This document shows, one piece after another, positions 18,571 through 29,908 of a stretch of DNA of 64,000 bases (position 1 is the first letter of the stretch; each line of letters begins with the position of its first letter). The notes below the pieces were generated by a model. That model worked only from the letters and a program-made list of their open reading frames with translations, was not told the origin of the DNA and made no database searches. A program made the position numbers and the translations under genes. This DNA comes from a virus (Duplodnaviria > Caudoviricetes), in the IMG/VR virus record IMGVR_UViG_2522572155_000001, positions 1-64,000 of that record; one strand, given 5' to 3'.

Positions 18571-21500
18571 GTGTATATGTGCGACAGTGAACATGACGGC
18601 AACTTGCCAGGGCAGGTTGACCGCGCGAGTGTCAGGAGAGGCATGAGGTACACCGAGCTTGTCTCCCGCGTCGCCCGGCTCGACAGTGAGCAGGCCGCGC
18701 GCGATCTCATCGCTGAGCACGCCTGGGTGGTGGGCGACGTGGTGAGGGCCAAGCAGGACATCGGGTGGGTGCTCGGTGACCTGAGTGAGGAACAGCGAGG
18801 TGAGGCGCTGCGCTGGCTGCCCGAGGATGTCATGCATCCCATCCTCGGGCGTGACTTCCGCCGCCGCTCGGCCCACGAGTTGCTGGAGTTGGGCCGTCAG
18901 TTCATGCATGACCAGGTGGCCCGGCGCGGCGAGTGGCGCGCCGAGCGCGACGAGTGAGCCAAATGTCCGAGTGCGAACGCGCCAGAATTGTCACCCGAAT
19001 GACACTGCATGTCACACGCGCGCTCGGCGGCTCAGGCGCGCATCGCACCAGCATCTAGCGCCTCTCAGAATGTCCGCGCACGGACGTGGGGCGCTTCGGT
19101 CCGGACGCGGTGATAGCGTCGTTGCATGCTGATCCCCCTCAGGCGCGAGCAACTGGATGACATGCGCTGCGGCATGAAGCACGGCGGCCGTCCCTGCGAT
19201 CACCAGCAGGGTGTGCCGCTGTACTTCCACGCGCGCTGTCACCCCGAGGCTGCCACGCGCGTCATGTATGACCACGGCGTCCTGCATATCTCGTGCCATC
19301 GGTGCGAGGCGGCCATCGCGCAGGTGTCGGTGAAGGAGTGACCCATGGCATTCGATGATGAACGCCTGGAGGAGCCCGAGCCCGACGAGCCGGTCAAGAC
19401 GGAAATACAGGCATCGTTGGAGAGCGATGCCGTCGAGGCCATGAGCACGCTCGTCGCGGAGTACGGCTACACCACGGCGGACCTGATGAACATGGTCTAC
19501 GCGGCGCTGTCTAGTGCTTGACGCGTTTCTCGCGCTCCAGGTGATCGAAGACGAGGGCGCGGGCCACCTCGCGCTGCACTGCACCTGCGGGGAGGCGTTC
19601 AAGCCTGGAGAGACAGGGATCATCGTGCGCTATGAGCCGGACGCGTTCGGCATGAGCTATGTCCTGTGCCATCAGCGCTGCCTGCGCCACGTTGATGATC
19701 GTGACGGTGCAACGTGAGCGCGGCATGTGCTCGCACCACCTTGAAGATGGCGTCAGCAGGTCTAGCGTTAGTGCGCTATGAACCACATCGTTGTCGGCGT
19801 GTCGCCAGCGGGCGGCAAAGCAGAGGAGACGCTGGGCGAGGTCAATGAGCAGTGGTCGGTCGAGGAGATTGACGCCGACACGCCCGCACGACCGCACGAC
19901 ACGGTGATACTGGCAGTGCCCGAGGGACTGGGCAGGGAGATTGGCGAGCAGGTGTGTAATGCGCTCAGAGGAGAGGCCAGTGCAGGAGAGAGAGAAGGTA
20001 GGAGGTGACGAGCGTGCACGCACACTTGTTGCTCAAGCTCCTGGCGGAAAAGTCCGTCTCACTATTGCCGGGCAAGGTGATCTCAGCGGGCTTACGGCTG
20101 ATGGTCACTACGTCATCGAGCGGCTGCCAGTTGACCAGATCATTGCTGTCGAGCCCGTCCCCGACGACACCCCGGTCGATGTCCTCATCGGTCAGTGACC
20201 CGCCCTGCGAGACGTGTGGGATGCGTCACGGTCACGCGCTGTCATGCCCTATGACGCCATATCACCTGCGCGTCGATGTGCCGCCCATCGCAGCGTGCCC
20301 GGTGTGCGCGAAGGAGACGTGGTGGCCGCCCGAGGTCGGTGGACCGTGTCCGAACTGTGACGGCATGTTCGAGATCACCGACGCCTACCGCGAGCACTGT
20401 CGGACCGAGCTTGAACTGAAGATGCTCGAACGACTGTGGGAATCACCGGCTGCCGACCGCCAGCGGCCGTAGACTGTCCGGCATGACCCAGTACACATCA
20501 GAGGAAGATGCCGAGCGCTTGCACGCCGAGGTAAAAGCCGCCGCGATCGGGCCGCTCGGCTCGGCGGTCATGCTCGGCCCTGACGGCGTCTACGTGTTCT
20601 TCAAGGTCCGATGGTCAGACACGATGCGGCGTGTCACCACGCTGGCCGTCTCGCGAGAGGACATCAACTCGGAGTCGCGATGGTCGTTCTTCCGCGAGCC
20701 GCATGCCGCCCGAGGTGAGTTCTCGCTCGTGCTGGAGATTCAGTGGCCTGAGGTGGAAGAGCGCGCCGTCCTGTACTTCGAGTGGAAGCAGTGGCATGTC
20801 GAGCTTGAGCAGGTGGAGCGTAACGGTGGGCTGATCGCGCTGTGCCCCGAAGCCGCCAGGGGGCACGAGATGCTCAGGCAGGGTCTCTACGTTGAGGTGG
20901 CGACGGACGTGCTCACGGCTGTGCGCAAGGCGCTGGCCAGGGTCACCGGTACATGACCTCTAGCGGCGCTGGTACCCTGTTCCCATGACGCTGTACATCA
21001 CCCTCAGGGACGATGGCCGCAGGCTCTACGCCTACGAGGTGGAGGCCGACACGCGCGACGCCTGCATCGCTGAGGCCCGGCGCCAGGCGCGCGAGGAGAC
21101 CGGCAGGCTGCGCTTCTCGCTCGTGAGCGTCACCGAGGTCCAGCGGGCGTGACGCTCGACACGCACGGCCGCGTGCTCGAACACGTCGTGATCGCCGCCG
21201 GACAGCCCTTCCCGCATCCGTCACTCGGGCAGGCGATCCTGTTCATCCAGCAGTGCTGGCAGGTTGGGATCCCCGCGCACCTGTCGCACTGCCGGTTCGG
21301 CGCGGAGCGGCTGAACTACTCGCCCGACGCGCTGCGTATGCTCTCACTATGAGCGACGAGCGCACCGAGGCCGAGCGGATCGATCCCTCGATCGGCGTCG
21401 GACCGGACGACCCGCGCTACCGGGGCTTCCGTATCCGTGAGTACTGGATGGCCACCACGGTCTCATCGACGCGTGGCGAGGACTGGGAGGGGCCGCTGTG

Positions 21501-22145
21501 GATCACTCCACAGGTTGCCAAGGCGTTCGGCTTCTCCTCGCCCGGACCGGCGATGGCCAACGATCAGCGCTCGCTCGCGGTCATACGCAAGTGGGCCGAG
21601 TGGATGACGAGAGAGAACGCCGGGCTCATCATCCGCATCCGTCACTTCGTCACAGAGGGTCCTGACGAGGTGATTGGTCAAGTGGTGATTGAAGCGCCTC
21701 GACGTACGCAGGACTGAGCGGCTGACCCTTCTTGAAGCGCCCGATGTTGGTGTCACCCCAGGTGCGCACCCAGCGCAGGCACTCGTAGACGCTGGCGCTC
21801 TCGGTCATGATGCGCTGGTCGTGCGCTCTCACCACGAGCCACTTGTTGGCGTAGCGCCCCGCCCACGTGACGATCTCGAAGTCGGCCATGCACTCAGTAG
21901 TCGGCCAGCGTAGCGCTACCATCAGGCGCATGGCAGTAGACAGGGATATTCAGGCCGTCGTCGCGGCGGCGCTGGACGTGCAGTACGACCGGGCGCGGGA
22001 CGATCAGCACGGCGCTGAGAAGAGCTTCGCAGTGCTCTTCGCGCTGGTGCTCTCGATGCCGGAGCACCACAGCACAGTTGCGAGCGTCCTCTCCGAGGGG
22101 CCTAGCGGCCCGTCTGCGGCCCGTCCAGGCCCGCAGGAGGGGTAG
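18571..22145 (+). CDS. Array of small hypothetical genes (~18644-18957, 19126-19341, 19514-19717, 19778-20008, ~20026-20198, ~20195-20472, 20483-20956, 20985-21152, 21149-21352, 21349-21717, 21930-22145)
   Basis: Dense short ORFs, many Cys/His-rich; one - strand gene at ~21650-21889 is interleaved. Confidence 0.55.
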
Positions 22146-22644
22146 CGCCCGCCTCGCCCTCGCTCGTGGCCTCTGAGGGGCCTGCTTCGAGCGGCAACTC
22201 GACGGCCTCCGCGTCCACGGCCGTCGCCTCGATCGCCTCCGGCTGCTCGGGCCATTCCCTGTCCAGCATCTCCAGGATGGCGATGCGCGCGAACCGGGCA
22301 CGGTTGAAGTCCCGGTAGTTGATGTCCGTGCGCTTGCGGTGCGCGATGTAGGCGTCGATCAGCGCGCCGATCTCCGGCGGCACGTCGAGCGCGATCCGGA
22401 CGTACTTCTCCTTGCCGTCCTTGTCGTAGCCGGGTCCCTGGCCGTGGCGCCGATCACGCCAGATCATCTCCAGACGGCTCACCTGGAGGCGACCACGGCC
22501 GCCGCAGTACTCGTGAGGCTTGCGCGGGTCGCCACCCTCCCACCACTCCTCAAGGCCGGTGCCGTGGCAGATGATGCACGTGCGCTCGATGCGACGGCCG
22601 TCCACCACGTTGATCTCTTCGCCGTCCCAGCTAGGCATGGTCAC
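22102..22644 (-). CDS. DnaJ-type Zn finger plus ribbon-helix-helix protein
   Basis: CIICHGTG..HEYCGGRG; VRIALDVPPEIGALIDAY..NRARFARIAILEML. Confidence 0.7.
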   Translation of the reverse strand: MTMPSWDGEEINVVDGRRIERTCIICHGTGLEEWWEGGDPRKPHEYCGGRGRLQVSRLEMIWRDRRHGQGPGYDKDGKEKYVRIALDVPPEIGALIDAYIAHRKRTDINYRDFNRARFARIAILEMLDREWPEQPEAIEATAVDAEAVELPLEAGPSEATSEGEAGATPPAGLDGPQTGR

Positions 22645-23200
22645 TGCCCACCCGGTAGACGTGACCGTCGCGGCGCCAGCGGATCACGCAGACGGCCATC
22701 GAGAGCCCATCGAGCCCCGGCGCGTACCTCGGCACCCCGGCGCGTTTGAGGATCGGGCGAGTGGGCGGCGGCACGCGGGACGCGAGCCGGTCAGCGAGCA
22801 CCATGAGGTCATAGCCCATGTGCTGCATGGTGATGCCGTGCTCCTCGGAGAGTGAGTCGGCATCCCTGATCGCCGTGGCGATCTCCTCGAAGCCGAGCAC
22901 CGGAGTGACCGGCTCGCCCTCACCATGCTCCATCAGCACGCCGAGCGCGAAGCCGTCGATCCACTGCTCGAACATGCGCTGGATCGCCAGGGCCGGGACC
23001 ACGACCGGCGTCCGCTTGCCCCAGCCCTTCACCTGTCCACTGAGAGCGGCGTACAGGTTCGTGCAGCGCTGGCCGATCACACGGGTGAGGCCGTCAATGT
23101 CGATGCCACGGTCGGTAATCAGCGCCTGGAAGTCATCCGGCGTGTTGACGGCCGCGACGCGCTCCTCCTGAGCCCTGAGCAGGGCGCCCGTGTCCTTCAC
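22631..23200 (-). CDS. Hypothetical protein
   Basis: 189 aa, GAGGCAGG upstream. Confidence 0.65.
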   Translation of the reverse strand: MKDTGALLRAQEERVAAVNTPDDFQALITDRGIDIDGLTRVIGQRCTNLYAALSGQVKGWGKRTPVVVPALAIQRMFEQWIDGFALGVLMEHGEGEPVTPVLGFEEIATAIRDADSLSEEHGITMQHMGYDLMVLADRLASRVPPPTRPILKRAGVPRYAPGLDGLSMAVCVIRWRRDGHVYRVGSDHA

Positions 23201-23305
23201 GGCCGGTCACCTGCCTCGCGGTCCAGCGCCCTGATCTGACTCTCCCGAGTCGTGCCGGACGGTTCCAGGTGGCTGCTCATGTCGAGTATTCCTCTCGTAG
23301 CTTGA

Positions 23306-23327
23306 GGGCGGGGCCGAAGCCCCGCCC
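23306..23327 (-). terminator. GC hairpin with cUUCGg loop
   Basis: GGGCGGGGC-TTCG-GCCCCGCCC just after the stop at 23345; no U tract. Confidence 0.65.
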
Positions 23328-23344
23328 GTGAAGTGTAGTGTGGG

Positions 23345-25033
23345 TCAGTCCTCGATGTTGTCGTCGTGCGAAGCCTGGACGGGCTCGCTCACGACCTTCT
23401 GGAACGTCAGGCGCTTGACGTTGGTCTGCTTGCCGTACTTCTCGTCGTCCACGTGACCGGCGTAGTAGTCGGTCTCGGCGTTGACGCTGAAGTCCACGAT
23501 GTACGTCCCGCCGAGCACCGGGTTCGTGCCGTTCTCCTTGATGCTCGGCATCTTGCTGGCCTTGGCGCGGATGACGTTGCCCTCGGGCGTCTTCAGGGTG
23601 AAGATCGGGCTCGTGCTGTCGTAGGCGTAGGGGTTGTTGACCCAGTAGATGCTGTCCACGGTGACCGTGACGCCCTTCGAGCGCTTGCCCGGGGTGCCGA
23701 CGAAGGCGCGCTCGGCCGTCGCCTCACGCTTGGCCTGGCGGGCCTTGTAGTTGGTGTAGGCGGCGAAGACGGCGGCGGCCATGCCGAACGCCTTCGGGTC
23801 CACGACCTCGGGGGTGACGGCCGTCTTGACGTTGTAGGCGAACTCGCCGTTCTCCTCCCACTCAGTCAGCGCCCAGGCGCGCACGATGCGAGCCGCGTCC
23901 ATGTCCTGCTGCTCGGGCTCGGTCCACAGCGGGGCGCCGGTCTTGGGGTGCTTGCGCTGATCGCGCTTGTTCCAGTAGTTCCTGGAGGCGACGGCCTTGG
24001 TGGAGTTGTCGTAGTCGCGGGTGGAGACGTAGCCGCCCTCCTTGCGCACCGTCAGCGCGCAGTGCGTGAGGAAGTCGTGCATGAGAACCGGCGGCACCTC
24101 GCCCTTGGAGGAGGAGAGCGAGCGCATCTCCTCCCACACCTGCTGGAGCACCTTCATGATCCGCTCGGGGTTGTTGAGGCCGGTGAAGTCGCGGAGGCAC
24201 TGGCGGCCCACCTGCTTGGTCTCGCCGGTCTCGTGCGAGTAGACGATGAAGGTGTCGTTGCGCTCGCGCTTGTAGCCGCAGTGCTCGCAGATGGAGCCGG
24301 TGTCGCGGAAGCGGTCGAGGTTGATCGCGTTGAGGGCCAGCGCGGCGGCCGACTCGCTCTCGCGCACGATGTGACCGTCGCCCCAGTCGAGTCCGCGCTG
24401 CATGCCGAAGCGGATGACGGGGATGCGCTTGATGATGTTGCCCGCCTCGGTCGTGTTCACCGTGGCGAGGAACTCGAAGCCATCGATCTTCGGCGTCGTG
24501 CCCGAGAAGATCACGAACGTGTGCAGGAAGTCGGCGTGATAGCCGCGATCGGGGTCCTCGGCGTAGCAGTAGTTGAGGAGGACCGTCTCGTCCGTGTCCG
24601 TGAGCGTCAGGTCGTCGCAGCCGATGCGGGCGGCCTTGCGCGAGAGGGCGGTGATGCGCTCGTGGGCGTAGGCGAGCTTGTCACCCGCGACGCAGAAGAC
24701 GATCCCGCCGACCTCGGCCTGCGCCTCGCTGGCAGCCTTGCTGGCGACCTCGGCCTTCGCGCGAAGCTCGATGGTCACGGCGTCGCGCTCGACCCGCGTG
24801 GTGGGGTCGGTGAGGGAACCGATGGCACCGCGAGCGGCGGCGATGCGCTCGTCGCGGTCGATCTGGTCGTACAGGCGCTCGCGGTGCCAGTCCAGGTTGC
24901 GCTGCGCTGTGTCGGCGGCGTTCTGGAGAGCGAACGCGCGGGCGGCCGGGCCGATGTGCCCGATGTCCTCAAGGGTGAGGCCCGACACGGAGTCGATGCC
25001 GATGGCCTGGGACTCGATCATGGGAGTCGTCAT
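23345..25033 (-). CDS. Early phage protein with Zn finger and possible C-terminal OB-like fold
   Basis: CEHCGYKRERNDTF..KQVGRQCLRDF; strong codon bias; leaderless promoter. Confidence 0.75.
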   Translation of the reverse strand: MTTPMIESQAIGIDSVSGLTLEDIGHIGPAARAFALQNAADTAQRNLDWHRERLYDQIDRDERIAAARGAIGSLTDPTTRVERDAVTIELRAKAEVASKAASEAQAEVGGIVFCVAGDKLAYAHERITALSRKAARIGCDDLTLTDTDETVLLNYCYAEDPDRGYHADFLHTFVIFSGTTPKIDGFEFLATVNTTEAGNIIKRIPVIRFGMQRGLDWGDGHIVRESESAAALALNAINLDRFRDTGSICEHCGYKRERNDTFIVYSHETGETKQVGRQCLRDFTGLNNPERIMKVLQQVWEEMRSLSSSKGEVPPVLMHDFLTHCALTVRKEGGYVSTRDYDNSTKAVASRNYWNKRDQRKHPKTGAPLWTEPEQQDMDAARIVRAWALTEWEENGEFAYNVKTAVTPEVVDPKAFGMAAAVFAAYTNYKARQAKREATAERAFVGTPGKRSKGVTVTVDSIYWVNNPYAYDSTSPIFTLKTPEGNVIRAKASKMPSIKENGTNPVLGGTYIVDFSVNAETDYYAGHVDDEKYGKQTNVKRLTFQKVVSEPVQASHDDNIED

Positions 25034-25040
25034 GGGCACA

Positions 25041-25070
25041 ACCCTACCAGCTAGGGATAACTCGTGTCTA
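25041..25070 (-). promoter_or_regulatory. SigmaA-type leaderless promoter
   Basis: TAGACA-N18-TAGGGT-N7-ATG. Confidence 0.65.
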
Positions 25071-26415
25071 CCCCTTCAGCGCGGCGATGTCCTGCCTGCT
25101 GTCAACGTCAAGCTCGTAACCATGTGCCTCGATCAGCGAGACGGCCTCCTCGGCGCTGTCGGGCATCTCGAACGGGCCGTACTCATCGTCATCCGCCCAG
25201 CGGATCACGAGCCCCGCGTTGCCGGTGCCGTCACCGGGGTCGTCCCAGTAGATGTGGCCGACGACATCTCCCATCGAGATGTCGCGGCCGGTGGCGATGT
25301 CGTAGCCGCCGTCGTGCGGGTTACGCAGGTGAGCGAGCCTCATGCCGTCTCCTCCGGGGGCACCACGGCCGCGAGGCGGTAGCGCCAGTTGATGCCCCCG
25401 GTGATCTCGCGCATGAGTCCATCGGGGCACTGGACGGGCGGCTCAGGCGTCTCGAACTGCGCCTCAGACGTGCCGTAGGTGAAGCCCACGGTGTGCCCCA
25501 TGCCGGGATGGCCGAACTCCTCGTTGCGGTAGAGGGCGATGCCCTTGCCGCGCTCGATGTGCAGCGTCAGCGCGAGCACGTACTCAGCCGGATCGCTGCC
25601 GTCCGCGATTGCCGTCGCGGCCTGCTCGATCGTCCATGTCTCCGGCATCTGCGTCACTCCCCCTTCAGGAGGGCGGCCACGCGGCGCCCCAGGTCGGTCA
25701 TGCGGTACGTCTTCGGGCCGTAGGGGACGCCGCTCATCGAGATCAGGCCCTTCTCGGCCAGCTTGCTCGCGGGGGCCACCATGTCGGTGGAGTACGGGCC
25801 GGTCCAGGTGCGGTCGAGGCCGGGGCGGACGCTCTGATTGGGGGCGAGGTGCTTGTCGAGCGCCAGCAGCGTCTCGCGCTGACGCCGGGGCAGCTTGGCG
25901 GCGATGCGCGCCTCCTCGGAGGTCTGCGGGATCGCGGGGGCGACCGGCTGAGCCTTCTGCGCCATGACCGCCTCCATGACGCGCTGGTCGCGGCGCAGGC
26001 GCTTCATCTGGCCCGTGACGTAGTTGAACCAGCCCTGGGTGATGGCGTTGCCCTGCGCGTCGCGGATCCATCCGCCGTGGTCGCCCTTGTGACCGTGACG
26101 CGTGGCGTAGTCACGAACCGCCTGGAGCGGCTGGCCGCCGTTGGTGAGGAAGTCGTTGCCGCGCAGCGTGACCGCGTTGACCTCCACCTGCTTGGCCTCG
26201 TTCCAGTCCGGGTCGCGCTCCGAACGGACGGCGAAGAACTTGACGAACTTGCCCTCGATCTCGTACGCCTGCCCGTCGTGGAAGCGCGGGTCATCCAGGC
26301 GGTTGAAGCGGTCGTGGGCGGGACCATAGTCGAGCCATTCCGACACGCGGTACATCGTGTTGTCGGTGGTGACGGCGAAGGCGGCGTGCTGCTCGATGGT
26401 GATGGTGCGCGGCAT
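25068..26415 (-). CDS. Three-gene early operon (25654-26415, 25340-25648, 25068-25343), hypothetical proteins
   Basis: GGAG RBSs and ATGA overlap; the first ends in a wHTH-like segment. Confidence 0.7.
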
Positions 26416-26422
26416 GGGAAGA

Positions 26423-26467
26423 AAGATACAGGGTAGAGAGGGGGTACGTCAAGCGTAAGGGTTACGC
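26423..26467 (-). promoter_or_regulatory. SigmaA-type leaderless promoter with upstream palindrome
   Basis: TTGACG-N18-TATCTT-N7-ATG; GCGTAA-GGG-TTACGC at 26453-26467. Confidence 0.75.
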
Positions 26468-26473
26468 CAAGGG

Positions 26474-27142
26474 TTACGAGCCCTGCGGGCCGTACATGCG
26501 CGCGGCCAGTGCCCTCTCCTCCTCGCGCATCTCCTGCTCCAGCTTCGACTCCGTGACGACCTCGTAGGGCACGCCCTCGCTGATCGTGATGTTGCCCAGG
26601 CGGTGACGCGACTCGTGCTGGCGCTCGTCGGCCTCGGAGCCGTCCGCCCGCAGGAAGATGGTCACGCGCTCCGAGATCACGTAGTCGCTCTTGCGGCCGT
26701 CCTTCACCTGGACCGCGCGCGGGTTGTAGTCCACGTCCAGGCCGTACAGCGTGCCGAGGTCGTCGCCGGGGAACGATGTGATCCTGACGTTGACGGGCTG
26801 GTTCGTGACCTGTGCGGCCAGGACGGGGACCTGGGCCAGCACGACCAGCGGGATGGGGCGGTAGTACATGGTTCAGGTCTCCTAGATGGATTCGACGGCG
26901 ACGACGATCTCGCCCGAGCGGGCGACGTTGCTGCGGCTCCAGCGCTTGACCGCGAACGGCGGCGCCTGGCCGGGCTCCCAACGCCAGGTGGTGCGCTTGA
27001 CGAAGGCGTAGGGGTAGCGGTGGGCGCTGCGGCGGACACCGCCGGGGATATCGCGGCCGTCAACCGTGACCGTGTGCACCACGTTGGCACCGGCCTGGCG
27101 GGCGGTACCGATGAACTCGAACGTGTGCGGCTGCGCGGTCAT
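26474..27142 (-). CDS. Two-gene early operon (26882-27142, 26474-26869), hypothetical proteins
   Basis: GGAG RBSs. Confidence 0.7.
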
Positions 27143-27179
27143 GAGGCTCCAATCGTAGGGAACAGGCGCTTGAGGGACA

Positions 27180-27209
27180 AGCCTACATGGTAGAAGTAAT
27201 CATTGTCAA
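27180..27209 (-). promoter_or_regulatory. SigmaA-type promoter
   Basis: TTGACA-N18-TAGGCT. Confidence 0.75.
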
Positions 27210-27231
27210 CCCTACCTGATGAAGAGGTAGG

Positions 27232-29460
27232 CTAGAAGAGTCGCGCCTGAGCGTCCGGCGAAGGCACATCCGCCAGCGCGAGCCGATCGGCAGGCTGGAC
27301 GATCGCGTACGGCTTGCCCTGATAGTGCACGAGGGCGCGGTTACCCGGCACATCCACGGCCTGCACCTCACCCTTGATTCCGAGCATCGTGTGCTCGACG
27401 GTCTGGCCAGGGGAGAACGGCCAGCCCACCGGTACCCGAGCGGAGGCATAGAACGTGCGCGCTGCTGAGAGACTCGGGGGGCGCAAGCCCGGGGGTAGCT
27501 GCCGGTAGAGCGCCTGGGCGCGGGCGATGTCACCTTCCTCTACCGCCTTGCCGATCTCCCACCAGATGTTCTCCCTCGGTGTTCGACCTCGGGGGGCGAA
27601 GGGGTCGAGTGTCTCAGGGTCGGGAGTAGTGCGGACCGGGCCGAAGCCAGCCGGGGCGCCTTCGGGCATGTCGCCCATATCGATCGAGGCCGACGTGTAG
27701 GCACCCGGCTCAGGGTCAGGAGTGGGCACAGGGTCATCGACGGCGTACGAGGGAGATGCGTTCGAGGGGTCGCCTCCGTGTGACTTCAGCCAGTAGTAGA
27801 GGTCGAGCGCATGCGGCGCATCGCCATCCGGGGGCTCGATGGGGCGCGTGCCGGTATTGCCCTGAAGCCTTCGGATCTCTCGGTGCGGCCACGAGCAGTT
27901 CGGGCACTCATGGATCGGGTACTTGGTCCTCGGCAGCGGCACGTCAGTGCCCTCGTACATCGGCCGTCCGGCATCATCGGGAAGCTGAACGGACTCATTG
28001 CCCTTCCACATGAGTCCCGTCCCGCATGCCGGGCACGTGCGCTGATAGTTGATTGCAGCGGTGTTCGGACGCGGTGTGTCCGGCGGGTCACGGAACGGGT
28101 GAGTGCCGCCTAGCTGGTCAACGTCCTCGTAGGCGCGATCGATCGCGTGGCCGAGGTTGATCGGTCGGTAGGTGATCGGCCCGTATGGATCACGAGGGTG
28201 CGAGTAGCCCTGGAAGGCGGCGACCTGTTCGCCCCACTCGTTGCGCCCGTTGACAAACTTCTCCCCTCCGGGAAGAGCGCTACGGAAGTGCACCCCGTAG
28301 TCAGGATGGGATGTCGTCGCCTCCTCGCCCGGGAGTAGATGCAGGTAGCGGCGAGTGTCACTGTGCTTGTACTCGCGCAAGCCGCCAGGTCCGTAGCCCA
28401 TCCACATCCAGTCACGCAGGTACGGCTCGGGAATGATGCTCTTCAGCGGCTCCCAGTCAGGCTCGTTCATGCCGCGCGAGCGCATCAACTCGGCCATCTG
28501 CTCCTGGATCGGGCCAAGCTCGCCCATTAGCTCTTCCTGCTTGCGCTTGCGTTCCTGCTCCTCCCAGGCCGCATTGTCCCGCGCGTCCTGCGCGTCAGCC
28601 GGATCGTACTCGTCATCTTCCCAGCCACCGAAGTGGCGACGACCCATCTCAGTCGACGGAGGTACCTCGTAGCCCTCGCCGTACTGCTGCGGGCGGCCTT
28701 GGTCGCTGAGCCAGTAGGTCTCGTCCTCAGGACCCTCGCCCGCCGTCTTCGGCTCGGCGGGCATCTGTACGTCCTCATCGTGCCAGTGCGCCTGGCAGTC
28801 TTCGGTACCGCACTCGGGGCAGGTGACCGCCGAGTTGCGCAACCACGAAATGTCAGTGGGTAGTTCCTGCCCTGGCTCCCAGCGGCTCGCCTGACGTGGG
28901 TTCCAGTCGTAGTGACCGCAGTACTCACACGGCTCACCGATCTGCTTCGTATGCTTGCACTGAGTGCACATCTCCACCGGGTTGCCGTGCTCGTCCTCGG
29001 GGATGTCCTGCCACTCAGGGTTTTCTGGGTGCTCGGTCACCTTGTTGCAGTTCAGGCAATACGCCTGGTCGGCGGGCCGCTCCATGTGGCACTCGGGGCA
29101 CTTGTCCCACCAGACCGGCTCCTCTTCAGGCATGCCGTTATCCATGCCGGGGTTGGAGTCGTTCCACTCGGCGCCCTGGCGGGTCCACTTGGGCGCTGCG
29201 TCGGGGTGAGCCTGGTTGAGCAGGCGGTAGAACTCGGTCATCGTCATGTTGCCGAGGAGGTGCGCATTTACGTGGCCGCCGGGGGAGAGTGTGAAGTGCG
29301 CATAGGCTTGGCGAGGGCAGGATGCTTCGGAGGCATGTGCGCCCGGCTCGTGTGCCGTGTTCCACGACACCACGTCGCCATACTGATTGATGTACCCGAC
29401 TCCGTGGCTCCCGCGTGTCCACTGAGCCTTCGGGTGAGGCTTACTGTGGGTCGTCCACAT
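27232..29460 (-). CDS. Polyvalent multidomain protein (Zn ribbons, SH3-like C-terminus); start uncertain
   Basis: Multiple CxxC pairs; modules separated by RQGA/RQAS/KTAG/NTAA; ends QARLF. Confidence 0.75.
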   Translation of the reverse strand: MWTTHSKPHPKAQWTRGSHGVGYINQYGDVVSWNTAHEPGAHASEASCPRQAYAHFTLSPGGHVNAHLLGNMTMTEFYRLLNQAHPDAAPKWTRQGAEWNDSNPGMDNGMPEEEPVWWDKCPECHMERPADQAYCLNCNKVTEHPENPEWQDIPEDEHGNPVEMCTQCKHTKQIGEPCEYCGHYDWNPRQASRWEPGQELPTDISWLRNSAVTCPECGTEDCQAHWHDEDVQMPAEPKTAGEGPEDETYWLSDQGRPQQYGEGYEVPPSTEMGRRHFGGWEDDEYDPADAQDARDNAAWEEQERKRKQEELMGELGPIQEQMAELMRSRGMNEPDWEPLKSIIPEPYLRDWMWMGYGPGGLREYKHSDTRRYLHLLPGEEATTSHPDYGVHFRSALPGGEKFVNGRNEWGEQVAAFQGYSHPRDPYGPITYRPINLGHAIDRAYEDVDQLGGTHPFRDPPDTPRPNTAAINYQRTCPACGTGLMWKGNESVQLPDDAGRPMYEGTDVPLPRTKYPIHECPNCSWPHREIRRLQGNTGTRPIEPPDGDAPHALDLYYWLKSHGGDPSNASPSYAVDDPVPTPDPEPGAYTSASIDMGDMPEGAPAGFGPVRTTPDPETLDPFAPRGRTPRENIWWEIGKAVEEGDIARAQALYRQLPPGLRPPSLSAARTFYASARVPVGWPFSPGQTVEHTMLGIKGEVQAVDVPGNRALVHYQGKPYAIVQPADRLALADVPSPDAQARLF

Positions 29461-29866
29461 GCTTCGCCTGCTGCTCCGCGCGCATCGCCTGCTGCTCCAA
29501 TGAGGCGACGCGCTCACGTAGGTATCGGACCTCATCCTCAAGGCGAGTGTTCACTGAAACGAGTTCGGCAAGCTCGCGCCGGGCCTCCCCAAGTTCAAAG
29601 CGTAGCTTGCGGGCCTCCTCCTGGGCCTCATGGAGGTCACCACGGAGGTTCTGAATCGCTGCCTCGAACACCTCGACGGCGTTGCGTGTTGCATCGGTGA
29701 TCGTCCGCTCCCGCTCGGCCTCGATCTTCGCGCGCTCGGCTTCGAGCTTGCGCTTCTCAGGACGGATCTTGAGAAGACCGAAGAGGGAGAATCCTACCCC
29801 GCCACCACAGATGGTGGTGATGAGCGGAACGAGGGTGGTTACGAGTTCTGATGCGAAGACATGCAT
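29441..29866 (-). CDS. Single-TM coiled-coil membrane protein (possibly lysis-associated)
   Basis: N-terminal hydrophobic helix with GGGVG, long heptad-like tail. Confidence 0.7.
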   Translation of the reverse strand: MHVFASELVTTLVPLITTICGGGVGFSLFGLLKIRPEKRKLEAERAKIEAERERTITDATRNAVEVFEAAIQNLRGDLHEAQEEARKLRFELGEARRELAELVSVNTRLEDEVRYLRERVASLEQQAMRAEQQAKHVDDPQ

Positions 29867-29908
29867 GGGTGGCCTAAGGAGAGAAATGAAAAGGTCATCC
29901 GTTATCGC

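Noticed and set aside
23366-25054. 562-aa + strand ORF (likewise 11319..13037, 32482..33663, 47769..48758, 51751..52815)
   Set aside because: Antisense shadows of real - strand genes in high-GC DNA; V/G/A/R-biased with no motifs
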